Source: Polyangiaceae bacterium (GTDB lineage: Bacteria > Myxococcota_A > Polyangia > Polyangiales > Polyangiaceae). From it: DNA of 64,000 bases. This document shows, one piece after another, positions 1 to 9,031 of the stretch (the stretch's first letter is position 1; each line of letters starts with the position of its first letter). The position numbers and the translations under genes were made by a program. Below the pieces are notes generated by a model. It was given only the letters and a program-made list of their open reading frames with translations. It had not been told where the DNA came from and did not search any database. Where the stretch lies: positions 1 to 64,000 of the forward strand of contig JAPSGB010000005.1 of the NCBI GenBank assembly GCA_035063585.1, in the 5' to 3' direction.

Positions 1-603
1 GCGGGCGGCTGCTCGGGCGGCTCCGGAGGCGGGAGCGGCTGCGCGGGCGGCTCCGGCGGCGCGGGCGCGGGCACCGGCGGCGCGAGCGGCGGCACCGGCG
101 GCGCGAGCGCGGGCACCGGCGGCGCGAGCGCGGGCACCGGTGGCGCGAGCGGCAGCACGGGCGGCACCGGTGGCGCGAGCGGCGGCACCGGCGGCACCGG
201 CGGTGGCCCGACCGACCCTTATGCGGCGGCGCGGCAGGCCTGCGTCGATGGGATCAATCAATACCGGGCGACGCTCGGGCTCGCGCCGTACGCGAGGTGG
301 ACCAGCGCGGAGGCCTGCGCGGACAGTTAGGCGGAGTCCGACAGCAAGAGCGGGACGGCGCACGGCGCCTTTGGCAACTGCGGAGAGTTCGCGCAGAACG
401 AGTGCCCTGGCTGGCCCTCCACCGCGTCCATCTCGAACGGGAGCGGGAGTTGCCTCGCGATGATGTGGGCGGAGGGGCCGGGCGCTGATTTCCAGCAGCA
501 CGGTCACTACATCAACATGTCGAGCACCAGCTACACGACGGTCGCGTGCGGGTTTTACACGACCGCCGGTGGTGACGTCTGGTCCGTTCAGGACTTCAGG
601 TGA
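1..603 (+). pseudogene. CAP/SCP-domain protein (5'-truncated by the window) with a Gly/Ser/Thr linker; one in-frame TAG at 328-330
   Basis: Frame 1 from base 1 reads a G/S/T/A linker, then DPYAAARQACVDGINQYRATLGLAPYARWTSAEACADS*AESDSKSGTAHGAFGNCGEFAQNECPGWP...CLAMMWAEGPGADFQQHGHYINMSSTSYTTVACGFY...WSVQDFR to TGA 601-603. INxYR..GL, GHYxNM and VACG are CAP-like motifs. Absent from the ORF track. Confidence 0.8.
70..183 (+). repeat. Coding tandem repeat, 21-bp unit ggcaccgg(c/t)ggcgcgagc(gcg/ggc), five copies encoding GTGGAS(A/G)
   Basis: Units at 70, 91, 112, 133 and 163, with a 9-bp spacer at 154-162. Confidence 0.85.
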
Positions 604-1741
604 CGGCCGGTGCGGAGGTGTCTGCTGAAGACGCCTTCACGCGAACTGGGATCTTGAGCTGCCCGCCTCCTTCATACTGGAGCGCGGCGATGGCTTTGTT
701 GAAGAAGGCCCTGAGGAACGGGATCTCGTGAGGCGGATCGGTGATGAGGCCGGCGCTCTCGGTCACCTTCATCACCGCCACCACCTCGAGCGCTCGCTGC
801 TCGCCATCTCGCGCGAGCACGCTGAGCGCGCTGTCTCGCATCGAGCGCACCAGTTCGTCGCGGCGCTCGGGGGTGAAATAGCGATCGGTGGCCGCCTCGA
901 TTTCTTGAATCAGACGCTGGGTGAGCACCTCGCTGTCCGGCTCGCTGCCGGGCTCCAGGCCCTCGCCCAGCTTGACCAGGAGCTCGTCGAGGGCGGCTCG
1001 GGCGGGAAACCAATGCCGAAACTCCGGGAGGCCGTGGAGCGACTCCGAGTTCTTCGAGAGCTCTCGTGCGTCCTCGAGCGCGAGCTCGAGCCCCTCCTCC
1101 TCGAACGGGTGAGGAGGAGGCTCAGCCGGAGCAGGGCCGAGCAGATCCGCAGCAGAAGTCAGCCCGAGCGGCTCCGGAACCCCGCTGCTCGCGTGCCGCG
1201 CCCGCGCCGCCGTGATCCGCGAGCGAGCCCACTCGACGTTCACCGGCACCGCGCGGTACCCCGCGCCCGGGAGCGCGCGGCTCAGATGGTCACGGAGCTG
1301 GGACTGGCTCAATACCAGGTTCTCGACGCGATAGATGCCGCGCGCATCGTGTAAGAGCACGAAGACCGTCCGGTAACGACTGGACGGTGAGTGCGCGGTG
1401 AGCACCAAGAGCACGTTCCCATCGCCGTCGGGCGCGAGGAGCCAAGCCTCGAGTCGTTCCGCTTGGCGGCTGCCGAGCGACGCGACGCGGCGCCGTTCGG
1501 GGGCCTTCACTCCGCGTGAGCCGAGGACATTCAGGCTCCGGCGCGCAGCCTTGCGAACCGCGCCTGCCCCGCGCTCGGCGGCTTCCGCCAGCGCCTCGGC
1601 GTTGGGGCGCTGGGTCCACGCATCAATCAGCGCGAGCGCGCGCTCGCCAGCGCCCACGAGCGCATCGATGGCCTGTTCAGCGCTCGCGGTGAGCGTTCGC
1701 TCGTCGAAGGTGTGAGAGGTAGTGTCAGACTTCGAGCTCAT
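596..1741 (-). CDS. Hypothetical protein (381 aa)
   Basis: Long ORF with normal composition, co-oriented downstream of ridA; no recognised motif. Confidence 0.8.
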   Translation of the reverse strand: MSSKSDTTSHTFDERTLTASAEQAIDALVGAGERALALIDAWTQRPNAEALAEAAERGAGAVRKAARRSLNVLGSRGVKAPERRRVASLGSRQAERLEAWLLAPDGDGNVLLVLTAHSPSSRYRTVFVLLHDARGIYRVENLVLSQSQLRDHLSRALPGAGYRAVPVNVEWARSRITAARARHASSGVPEPLGLTSAADLLGPAPAEPPPHPFEEEGLELALEDARELSKNSESLHGLPEFRHWFPARAALDELLVKLGEGLEPGSEPDSEVLTQRLIQEIEAATDRYFTPERRDELVRSMRDSALSVLARDGEQRALEVVAVMKVTESAGLITDPPHEIPFLRAFFNKAIAALQYEGGGQLKIPVRVKASSADTSAPAVT

Positions 1742-1777
1742 CAGGGACTCCGGTGCGTTCGTCGATGCGACGACGCT

Positions 1778-2161
1778 TCAGGGGACTCGGGCCATCGCGT
1801 CGATCTCGATGCGCGCGCCCTTCGGGAGCGCCGCGACCTGCACCGTCGAGCGGGCGGGTGGCGCGTGATCGAAGTAGGTCGAGTACACTTGGTTCACGGC
1901 GGCGAAGTCCGCCATGTCGGCCAGGTAGATGGTGGTCTTGATCACGTCCTCGAAGCGGCATCCGCCCGCTTCGAGGACGGCGCCCAGGTTGTCGAGCACG
2001 CGCCGCGTCGCGGCTGCGATGTCGCCGCCAACGAGCTCGCCGCTCACCGGATCGAGCGGGATCTGGCCGCTCGTAACGAGGAGGTCGCCGGACACGACGC
2101 CCTGTGAGTAAGGCCCGATGGCGGATGGGGCGGAGCGAGTCTCGATCAACCGATTCTTCAT
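1778..2161 (-). CDS. ridA: RidA/YjgF/UK114 family enamine deaminase
   Basis: APSAIGPYSQG, SGQIPLDP, PPARSTVQVAALPKGARIEID. Confidence 0.93.
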   Translation of the reverse strand: MKNRLIETRSAPSAIGPYSQGVVSGDLLVTSGQIPLDPVSGELVGGDIAAATRRVLDNLGAVLEAGGCRFEDVIKTTIYLADMADFAAVNQVYSTYFDHAPPARSTVQVAALPKGARIEIDAMARVP

Positions 2162-2217
2162 GGGCTCTCCCGCGCGGGGCTCGAATCCTTATCCCGGAAG
2201 CCCGCCGGATCAACTGC

Positions 2218-2823
2218 TCAGAGCGCCCGGCGGCCGTCGATCGCCCGACCGAGCGTGATCTGGTCGGCGAATTCCAGATCTCCTCCGTGGGGCACTCCGC
2301 TCGCGATCCGCGAAACCGAGAGCCCTGCGCTGCCGAGCTCCCGCGCGAGCAGCATCGCCGTGGCCTCGCCGTCGACGCTGGGAGGCGTGGCGATGATGAC
2401 CTCTCTCACCTCGTCGCTCTTCACGCGCGCGAGGAGCGCTTCCAGCGGGAGCTCCTCGGGACCCACGCCGTCGAGCGGAGAGAGCAGCTTGCCCAGCACG
2501 AAATACCGCCCGCGCATCGCGCCGCTCCGCTCGATCGCCATGAGATCCTGCACTCGCGCCACGACGCACAAGAGGCTCGAGTCCCGGCGATGGTCGCGAC
2601 AGATCCGACAGACTGCTTGCCCGTCCTCGTCGAGCTCGGCCAGGTTTCCGCAGCGCGCGCACGGTCGCACCGTATCCGCGAGAGTCGCCAGGGCCGCCCC
2701 GAGCTCGCCGGACACTCTGCCGTCTTCTACCAGGTAGAGCACGAAGCGTTGGGCGGTCTTCTCGCCGACCCCGGGCAGCCGAGCGAAGAGCGCGATGAGA
2801 TGGAGAATGCGATCCGGGAGCAC
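2218..2823 (-). CDS. recR: Recombination mediator RecR
   Basis: LPGVGEKTAQR HhH, C4 zinc finger (CARCGN...CRIC), LSPLDGVGP, G.DLEFADQITL; directly downstream of dnaX. Confidence 0.97.
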   Translation of the reverse strand: MLPDRILHLIALFARLPGVGEKTAQRFVLYLVEDGRVSGELGAALATLADTVRPCARCGNLAELDEDGQAVCRICRDHRRDSSLLCVVARVQDLMAIERSGAMRGRYFVLGKLLSPLDGVGPEELPLEALLARVKSDEVREVIIATPPSVDGEATAMLLARELGSAGLSVSRIASGVPHGGDLEFADQITLGRAIDGRRAL

Positions 2824-2833
2824 GCTGCGCTTC

Positions 2834-4693
2834 CTACTTGCCCGTCAGCTTCAGATCCTTCAAGCGCGCACCGAGCACCTCGATGGCGTCGAGCACGGCC
2901 GGGTGCCGCTTGACTTCTTCCATGGCTTCGCTCGAGCGGCGTTGTCGCTCCTGCGCGTTCAACTGGGCCAGGGTCTGCTCATCGCGAGCCCGCTCGCTCG
3001 CGGAGTCGATAGTCACGCGCACCGCCTGCCCCGACTCCTCTGCCGCGGCCGCCTCGAGCGCGGCGCGCGCCTCGGGTTCAGCGACTCGCTGGGCGAAGAT
3101 GCTCCCGGCCTCGAACCCAAGCTGGATCTTGGCTGGCCCGATCTCGAGCAGCACCGCGTGCTCGAGGAAGGCCGCGAGCTCCGGTCGAGTCGTGGCGAGC
3201 CGCGCGAGGATGGCGCGCCACCGCTGGAGCTGCGGCTCGTCGGGGAGCGTCGCCGCGGCGGGCGCCGGCTGGGCTCGGGCCGCGCTCGTCGAGGGGGGCG
3301 CCGGGTTCGGGGAGCCCGCGCCGGGCGGGGGAGTCGCCGGTGGCGGTTCGTCCCGCCGATCGTCGCTGGGCGTGCCGGGCTTGTCGGGGGCGGAGCGGGT
3401 CTCTCTCGCGTGCGGTGGGGCCGGACCGGTCGACTGCGGGCTCGTGGCGGCGCTGCGCGGCGGCGGCGATGGTGTCCCCGCCGCGCGCGCGTCAGCCGTG
3501 GGGCGCCCGCCGAGCCGGCGCTCGAGCGCCGAGAGGCGCAGCACGAGGTCGTCTAGGGGTAGGAGTGGCGGGCGCCGCGCGAGCCGGACCAGCAGCATCT
3601 CGAGGGCGGCGCGCGGTGCGCTGCTGCGGGCCACCTCATCGAACCCCTGGGAGAACCCTTGGTGCAGGCGCACGAGGTCGTCGGCGTCCGCGCCGCTGGC
3701 GAGCGCGGCGATGCTCTGGCGCTCATCATCCGCGAGATCGAGGAGGTCGCTCGAACCGTCACGACAGACCTTCGCAACCACCAGATCCCGGAGGAGGGCC
3801 AGCACGTCGCGCGCGACGTGGGCGATATCGAAGCCCTGGCTGGCTAGCTCCGCGATGAGCTCGAGGCTGCGTGCGGCGTCGCCTTCGAGCAGCGCGGCCG
3901 CCACGTCGTGGAGCGCCTGATGGCTCGCGACGCCGAGCACGCGAGCCACGTCGTCACCGGCCAACCCCTGGTCGCCCGCCCAGGCGATGACCTGATCGAG
4001 GAGGCTCATCGCGTCGCGCATGCTGCCGGCGGCCTCGCGCGCGACGATGGAGAGCGCCGAGTCGTCGCTCGGGATGCGCTCCTCGGAGAGCACGTGGCGG
4101 AGCCGACTCGTGATGAGCTTGGCCGGGATCAGCTTGAAGTCGAACCGCTGCACTCGGCTGAGGATGGTGACCGGGACCTTGTGCACTTCCGTCGTGGCGA
4201 AGATGAACTTCACGTGCGGAGGGGGCTCCTCGAGCGTCTTCAGGAACGCGTTCCAGGCGTTTTGCGACAGCATGTGGACCTCGTCCACGATGAAGACCTT
4301 GTACCGATCTCGAGTCGGTCGATACGGTAGCGAGTCCTGGAGTTTACGAACCTCGTCGACGCCGTTGTAGCTCGCGCCGTCGATCTCCCGGACGTCGAGG
4401 TCCGTGCCGGTCGCGATCTCGCGGCACGCGGCGCACTCGAGGCAGGGCGTGGCGGTCGGTCCCGGGTCCTCGCCGGGCGGTACGCTTCCGGGCCTACGCA
4501 TGCAGTTGAGCGCCTTGGCCAGGATGCGCGCGCTGGTCGTCTTGCCGACGCCACGCACGCCGGTGAAGAGGAACGCATGCGCGACTCGGTCTTGCGCGAT
4601 GGCGTTGGCGAGCGTGCGCGCGACGTGATCCTGGCCGATGAGATCGTCGAAGCTCATCGGTCGCCACTTCCGGGCCAGGACCACGTAGCTCAT
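2834..4693 (-). CDS. dnaX: DNA polymerase III subunit gamma/tau
   Basis: YVVLARKWRP, GVRGVGKTT, DEVHMLS, FLKTLEEPP, GSMRDAMSLLDQ; Pro-rich linker. Confidence 0.98.
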   Translation of the reverse strand: MSYVVLARKWRPMSFDDLIGQDHVARTLANAIAQDRVAHAFLFTGVRGVGKTTSARILAKALNCMRRPGSVPPGEDPGPTATPCLECAACREIATGTDLDVREIDGASYNGVDEVRKLQDSLPYRPTRDRYKVFIVDEVHMLSQNAWNAFLKTLEEPPPHVKFIFATTEVHKVPVTILSRVQRFDFKLIPAKLITSRLRHVLSEERIPSDDSALSIVAREAAGSMRDAMSLLDQVIAWAGDQGLAGDDVARVLGVASHQALHDVAAALLEGDAARSLELIAELASQGFDIAHVARDVLALLRDLVVAKVCRDGSSDLLDLADDERQSIAALASGADADDLVRLHQGFSQGFDEVARSSAPRAALEMLLVRLARRPPLLPLDDLVLRLSALERRLGGRPTADARAAGTPSPPPRSAATSPQSTGPAPPHARETRSAPDKPGTPSDDRRDEPPPATPPPGAGSPNPAPPSTSAARAQPAPAAATLPDEPQLQRWRAILARLATTRPELAAFLEHAVLLEIGPAKIQLGFEAGSIFAQRVAEPEARAALEAAAAEESGQAVRVTIDSASERARDEQTLAQLNAQERQRRSSEAMEEVKRHPAVLDAIEVLGARLKDLKLTGK

Positions 4694-4835
4694 CGCCGAT
4701 CTCGCGTAGCAGATCGCGCGCTCCGCCTCCAGTGCCGGTGCAGCGCCGGGGGCGGGCTTCCTCGCGCTCGCGCTCGCACGCCGGCGCGGCCCCCGGTGGC
4801 TTCCGCTCGGCCGTCCGGTGTCCTAGCGTGGGCTC

Positions 4836-5750
4836 GTGCCGAGGAGCGTGCCCGTGATCGCTGCGCTGTTGCTCCTAGCGGGCTGCAGCCCGAGCGCGCA
4901 GCCCCGCGTCGCGTCGCCTCCAGCGCGTCCGCCGCGCTCGGCGCGCGCCACCCCCGCGCCCCCGGCGCGGCTCGTCGCCGTGGCGACCGCGGCGCCGTCG
5001 CGGGGTTCCGCGCCGAGCCAACCTACCCTCACTCCTCTCGAGCCCGAGGAGGCGCCGGCGCCCGGGCCTCACGTCGAGATCGCGTTTCCCTTCGCCGAGC
5101 AGCGGCTGCGGCCGGAGAAGGCTGCGAGCTCGCGGATCCGACTGAAGCTCGAGCGCTGGCGAGCAGATGGCGTGAGGCTCGCCCTCGACGACTTCGCCCC
5201 GCGCCGGCTCTCCGAGCTCTCGCGCCCGGTGACGCTCGGCGCGCTCCTGCCGGACGGCGTGAGCCTGGCGCCGGGCGAGCACCTGCTGGTGGCGGTCGCG
5301 GTGGGCGAGGATGGGCGCGCCGTCGCGCATCGGTCTGGCTCGTCCCTCGAGCCGTTCGCCGCCGTGAAGTTCTGGGTCGGGCCGCGGCGCGAGGCCGCCA
5401 TCGACATGAGCCAGCTCATGGTGAGCTTGAGCGAGCCGAGCGGCCTCGCGGCGAGCCCCGGGGATGACACGCTCCGGTTCGATCTGACGGTGCTGAACGC
5501 CTACCGCCTTCCCGCCGCGCCGCGCGTCCGCGTGAGCGTCGAGGGCGGAGGCGCCGCGCTCACCGCGATCGTCGGCGGCGCGGGCGCGTTCGCGCTCCGC
5601 GGCTTGCAGGGTGGCGAGTACCAGCTGTCGGCCACCCTGGTCGACGCCGCCGGCGCTCCGCTGCCCGGGCGCTTCGCGACCGCGACGCGGACCTTCACCG
5701 TGGGCCCGGAGCCGCCTCGCGCAGCTCACGGTCCTCGAGCCGAGCCATGA
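4836..5750 (+). CDS. Hypothetical lipoprotein
   Basis: Lipobox LLLAG-C, Pro/Ala linker, beta-rich domains; stop overlaps the kinase start (ATGA at 5747-5750). Confidence 0.75.
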   Translation: MPRSVPVIAALLLLAGCSPSAQPRVASPPARPPRSARATPAPPARLVAVATAAPSRGSAPSQPTLTPLEPEEAPAPGPHVEIAFPFAEQRLRPEKAASSRIRLKLERWRADGVRLALDDFAPRRLSELSRPVTLGALLPDGVSLAPGEHLLVAVAVGEDGRAVAHRSGSSLEPFAAVKFWVGPRREAAIDMSQLMVSLSEPSGLAASPGDDTLRFDLTVLNAYRLPAAPRVRVSVEGGGAALTAIVGGAGAFALRGLQGGEYQLSATLVDAAGAPLPGRFATATRTFTVGPEPPRAAHGPRAEP

Positions 5751-7246
5751 GCGCGCGGTTCTTCTTGTGCGGGATGCTGGCGGCCTGGACGGTGGTCCAG
5801 GTAGCCCTCGGGATCTTCTTCGTGCTCGCGCACCGGCTGGCGCGGCAAGACGTGGAGTACCGGCTCTTCGGGCTGCTCTGCTTCGCGCTCGCGGCCAGCA
5901 CCGCCGGCATCTCCTATGGCTATTCGGGAGATCCGCGCGACACCTGGTCCCAGGCCATCCTGATCTCCTTCTTGGGCTCGATCGCCGCGACCGCGCTCAA
6001 CCTGCATTTCGTGATGCGATACACGCGGCGACCGGAGGCGCGCCAGGTGGCGCTCGGCGCCTATGCGCTTTCCGCCGCGTTCGCGCTCCTGCTCGCGCTC
6101 GGTGAGTGGTGGGTGCCGTCGAGCTCGCGCCTCGTCGACTCGACCATCCTCGGGGTCCCCATCCAACAGGTCGCCGCGACCCCGACGATGGTGGCGGTGG
6201 GCTTCAACGTCCTGGTCGTGCTCGAGCTCGGAGCGAGCATCGTCCTGCTCGTCCTCGCCTATCGGGCGGGCCAGCGCGAGGCGCTGATCTCGGCCGTGGG
6301 AGGCGCGATCGTGATGCTCACGGTGCTGAACGACGTGCTGCTCGTGAGCGGCAAGATAGCGTCTGTGTACCTCCTGCCCCAAGGCTTTCTCGTCTACGCA
6401 TTCGCGGTCGGGAGTACGCTCCTGGTTCGTTATCGCGCGACTGCGGGGGAGCTCGAGGTCGCCGCGACTCACCTCCGCGAGAAGACCGAGGCGCTGCGCC
6501 ACTCGCACGCGGAGCTCAGAGAGATCCAGGACGAGCTGGTCAAGAAGAAGCAACTCGCGGCGGTCGGCGAGCTCGCCGCCTCCATCGCGCACGAGGTCCG
6601 AAACCCACTCGCGGTGATTGTCAACGCGGTCGCCGGACTGCGTCGAAACCAAGTGAGCGACGCCGATCGCGTCACGCTCCTCGGCATCGTGGACGAAGAG
6701 ACCGCGCGCCTCAACCGGCTCGTGACCGACCTCTTACGGTTCGCACGGCCGGTCACCATCAAGCGCGCAGAGGTCTCCATCGCTGAGCTGGCGAAGCGAG
6801 CCGGTGACACGACGAGGTATGAGGGGCACGCGCGCGTCAGCGTCCACGATGAGTCCAATAACCAGACGGTGTGGGCCGACCCTGGGCTCATGCGCGTGGT
6901 CTTCGACAACCTGGTGGATAACGCCATCCAGGCGATGTCGGGCAGCGGCACGGTGGAGATCACGATCACGCGTGAGGTCGTGGGAGCGGAGCCTCGCTTG
7001 CAAGTCGAGATCCGTGACACGGGTCACGGGATGGACGAGCGGGTGCGGGAGCGCGCGACCGATCCGTTCTTCACGACGCGGCCGAGCGGCACCGGCCTCG
7101 GGCTCTCCATCGTGGGGAGGATCGTGGAAGCCCACGGGGGAGAGCTGTCGATCGAGAGCCAGCCCACCCACGGCACGACCGTGAGTCTGACGTTCCCGCT
7201 GGGCTCCGCGGAGTCCTCGAGCGCGACGCCGGCGCTCCGCACTTAG
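5747..7246 (+). CDS. Sensor histidine kinase with a ~7-TM N-terminal domain (NtrB-like core)
   Basis: Multiple hydrophobic helices; H-box GELAASIAHEVRNPL, N-box NLVDNAIQA, DTGHG, PFFTTRPSGTGLGL. Confidence 0.95.
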   Translation: MSARFFLCGMLAAWTVVQVALGIFFVLAHRLARQDVEYRLFGLLCFALAASTAGISYGYSGDPRDTWSQAILISFLGSIAATALNLHFVMRYTRRPEARQVALGAYALSAAFALLLALGEWWVPSSSRLVDSTILGVPIQQVAATPTMVAVGFNVLVVLELGASIVLLVLAYRAGQREALISAVGGAIVMLTVLNDVLLVSGKIASVYLLPQGFLVYAFAVGSTLLVRYRATAGELEVAATHLREKTEALRHSHAELREIQDELVKKKQLAAVGELAASIAHEVRNPLAVIVNAVAGLRRNQVSDADRVTLLGIVDEETARLNRLVTDLLRFARPVTIKRAEVSIAELAKRAGDTTRYEGHARVSVHDESNNQTVWADPGLMRVVFDNLVDNAIQAMSGSGTVEITITREVVGAEPRLQVEIRDTGHGMDERVRERATDPFFTTRPSGTGLGLSIVGRIVEAHGGELSIESQPTHGTTVSLTFPLGSAESSSATPALRT

Positions 7247-7252
7247 CGAGCG

Positions 7253-8497
7253 CTAGCTCGAGAACCGCGCGGTGAAGTGCCGATCCCACCGCTCGAGCTC
7301 GGCGAGGACGCCGCGACCGACCGCGGTGGGGACGCCATTTTCGAGCAAGGTCGCGAGGCCGTCATGGTTCCCCGCCACGATCTTCCTCAGGCGAGCCGCG
7401 AAGCTTGGCGTCCGCGAGAGCTCGTGCCCCGTCTCGAGCAAGCGCTCATAGAGACGCGCGACCGGGACGAAGGCGTGGACCGCCAGCAAGATCCCATGCA
7501 GCGGGCGCGGGTCCGGTCGCACCGGCGAGGTGAAGAGCGGCGAGAAGCCGTTCTCGAGGAGCGGATCGGAGAGCCAGAGCGCGTTCAGCTTGTTGTGCGA
7601 GAATTCGTGGACCAAGGCCTCGGTCATGGTCATCGGATCTGGGTGCAACGACAAATACGCCGTCCCGACCACCTCGGCGTAGGAGGCCGAGAGGTGGCGG
7701 TCCGCGAAGTAGCCGACCGGGATTATGGTTTGCATGACGAGCCGGATCTCGTCGGCGAGCTCGGGGAGGTGGTCCTCGACCAGCTGGAGCGAGGCAGCCA
7801 GCGCTCGGGCCCAGTCGGACGCGTCACGTCCGGCGAGATCGATGGGGTTGCCGGATTTCTCCGGGTGCGCCTCGAAATCGGCGAGCGGGTTGTTGTCGCT
7901 CTCTGCCAGGAGCAGGTCGCGGTCGATCTGATGATAGGGCCGGGTCAGCGTGACGCCCTCCGGCAGCCCTCGGATCACGTCGAGCCCGTCGAGGTCGAGC
8001 TCGACCGTGCGACCGTCGCCCTCGAGCACGAGGCGACCCGGGCGGACTCCGATACGCCACCGCGGATCGAGCCGCAGCTCGACCCGGAGCGCGAGCGAGA
8101 GGAGCCGCGCCGGGCGCTCGGTGAGCCGGAGCCCGTCGGGCGGCAGCGTCCCCGCGCGAGCAAGCTCGAGCGCGAGGAGCGCCGTCAGCTCGGTGAGCCA
8201 GCCGTCGAGCTTCTTGACGTCCCCCTCGCCCCACAGCTCTCGGTGGAGACAACGAACCAGACCCGAGTGGGTCGGGCGCCGCAGCATCGAGAACACCGCA
8301 CCCGTCTCGCGCTCGCGCAGGAGCCGCTCGATGACGGCCCGCACGTCGGAGAAGCCGTCGAACACCGGCGAGTGGAATCGACCGGGCGGGAGCGTCATGA
8401 GATCGCCGAGGGTCTGCCGCAGGAAGCGACCGAGCGTTCGGCGCGCGGTGGTCGAGCCGGGTTCGGGGAGCGTGATGTCGCGCGGGATCTCGTTCAA
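7253..8497 (-). CDS. HEXXH-motif putative peptide-modification protein (aKG-HExxH-like)
   Basis: EALVHEFSHNKL followed by SPVRPDPRPLHGILLAVHAF, matching the family pattern PWRxDxRP..G...H; TTG start. Confidence 0.85.
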   Translation of the reverse strand: MNEIPRDITLPEPGSTTARRTLGRFLRQTLGDLMTLPPGRFHSPVFDGFSDVRAVIERLLRERETGAVFSMLRRPTHSGLVRCLHRELWGEGDVKKLDGWLTELTALLALELARAGTLPPDGLRLTERPARLLSLALRVELRLDPRWRIGVRPGRLVLEGDGRTVELDLDGLDVIRGLPEGVTLTRPYHQIDRDLLLAESDNNPLADFEAHPEKSGNPIDLAGRDASDWARALAASLQLVEDHLPELADEIRLVMQTIIPVGYFADRHLSASYAEVVGTAYLSLHPDPMTMTEALVHEFSHNKLNALWLSDPLLENGFSPLFTSPVRPDPRPLHGILLAVHAFVPVARLYERLLETGHELSRTPSFAARLRKIVAGNHDGLATLLENGVPTAVGRGVLAELERWDRHFTARFSS

Positions 8498-8615
8498 CGC
8501 GCTGCCGAGCGTAGTCGACCGAGGGCCGTGCGGCCAGGGCGAGCCGCGGGCCGCGGACGAGCGCGCCCGCGACGCTTGACCGCGCGCGGCGCGCTACGCG
8601 AGATTGCTCGCGCGC

Positions 8616-8981
8616 ATGGCTCAGCGGAAGCGGTACCTCTTCGTGTGCATCAACCGGCGACCGGACGGCACGCCGCGCGGCTCGTGCGCGGCGCGCGGCT
8701 CGACCGAGCTCTACGCCGAGCTGAAGGCCATGCTGAAGGAGCGCGGGCTCGCCCAGGTCGAGGCGCGCGCGTGCAGCTCGAGCTGCCTCGACACCTGCTG
8801 GGCGGGGCCGACCATCGCGGTCGAGCCGGACGGCTTCTTCTACGGGCGCGTCACGCGCGCGGATCTCCCGGAGATCGTCGATGCGCTCGAGCGGGGGGTG
8901 CGGGTCGAGCGCTTGGTGCTCTCCGCCGAGGACTTCGTCGAGCCCCGCGAGCTCCGCGCGCTCCGCGAGAAGGAGCGCTGA
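8616..8981 (+). CDS. Thioredoxin-like [2Fe-2S] ferredoxin
   Basis: FVCIN-R..RGSC...SSCLDTCWAGPTIAVEPDGFFYGRV with four Cys ligands. Confidence 0.9.
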   Translation: MAQRKRYLFVCINRRPDGTPRGSCAARGSTELYAELKAMLKERGLAQVEARACSSSCLDTCWAGPTIAVEPDGFFYGRVTRADLPEIVDALERGVRVERLVLSAEDFVEPRELRALREKER

Positions 8982-9031
8982 AGCGGGCGCTGGCCTCGGG
9001 CCGGTGGGAGACGTAGGCTCGCTCGGCTCTC

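Noticed and set aside
328..330. Pyrrolysine or genome-wide TAG reassignment
   Set aside because: TAG ends several conserved genes here at their expected C-termini, and no pyl genes are visible
140..488. ORF-track calls 140..463 and 297..488
   Set aside because: Off-frame shadows; frame 1 carries the CAP motifs
4694..4835. SRP RNA (ffs), often found upstream of dnaX
   Set aside because: The conserved CAGG-CC-GGAA-GG-AGCAG core is not present on either strand
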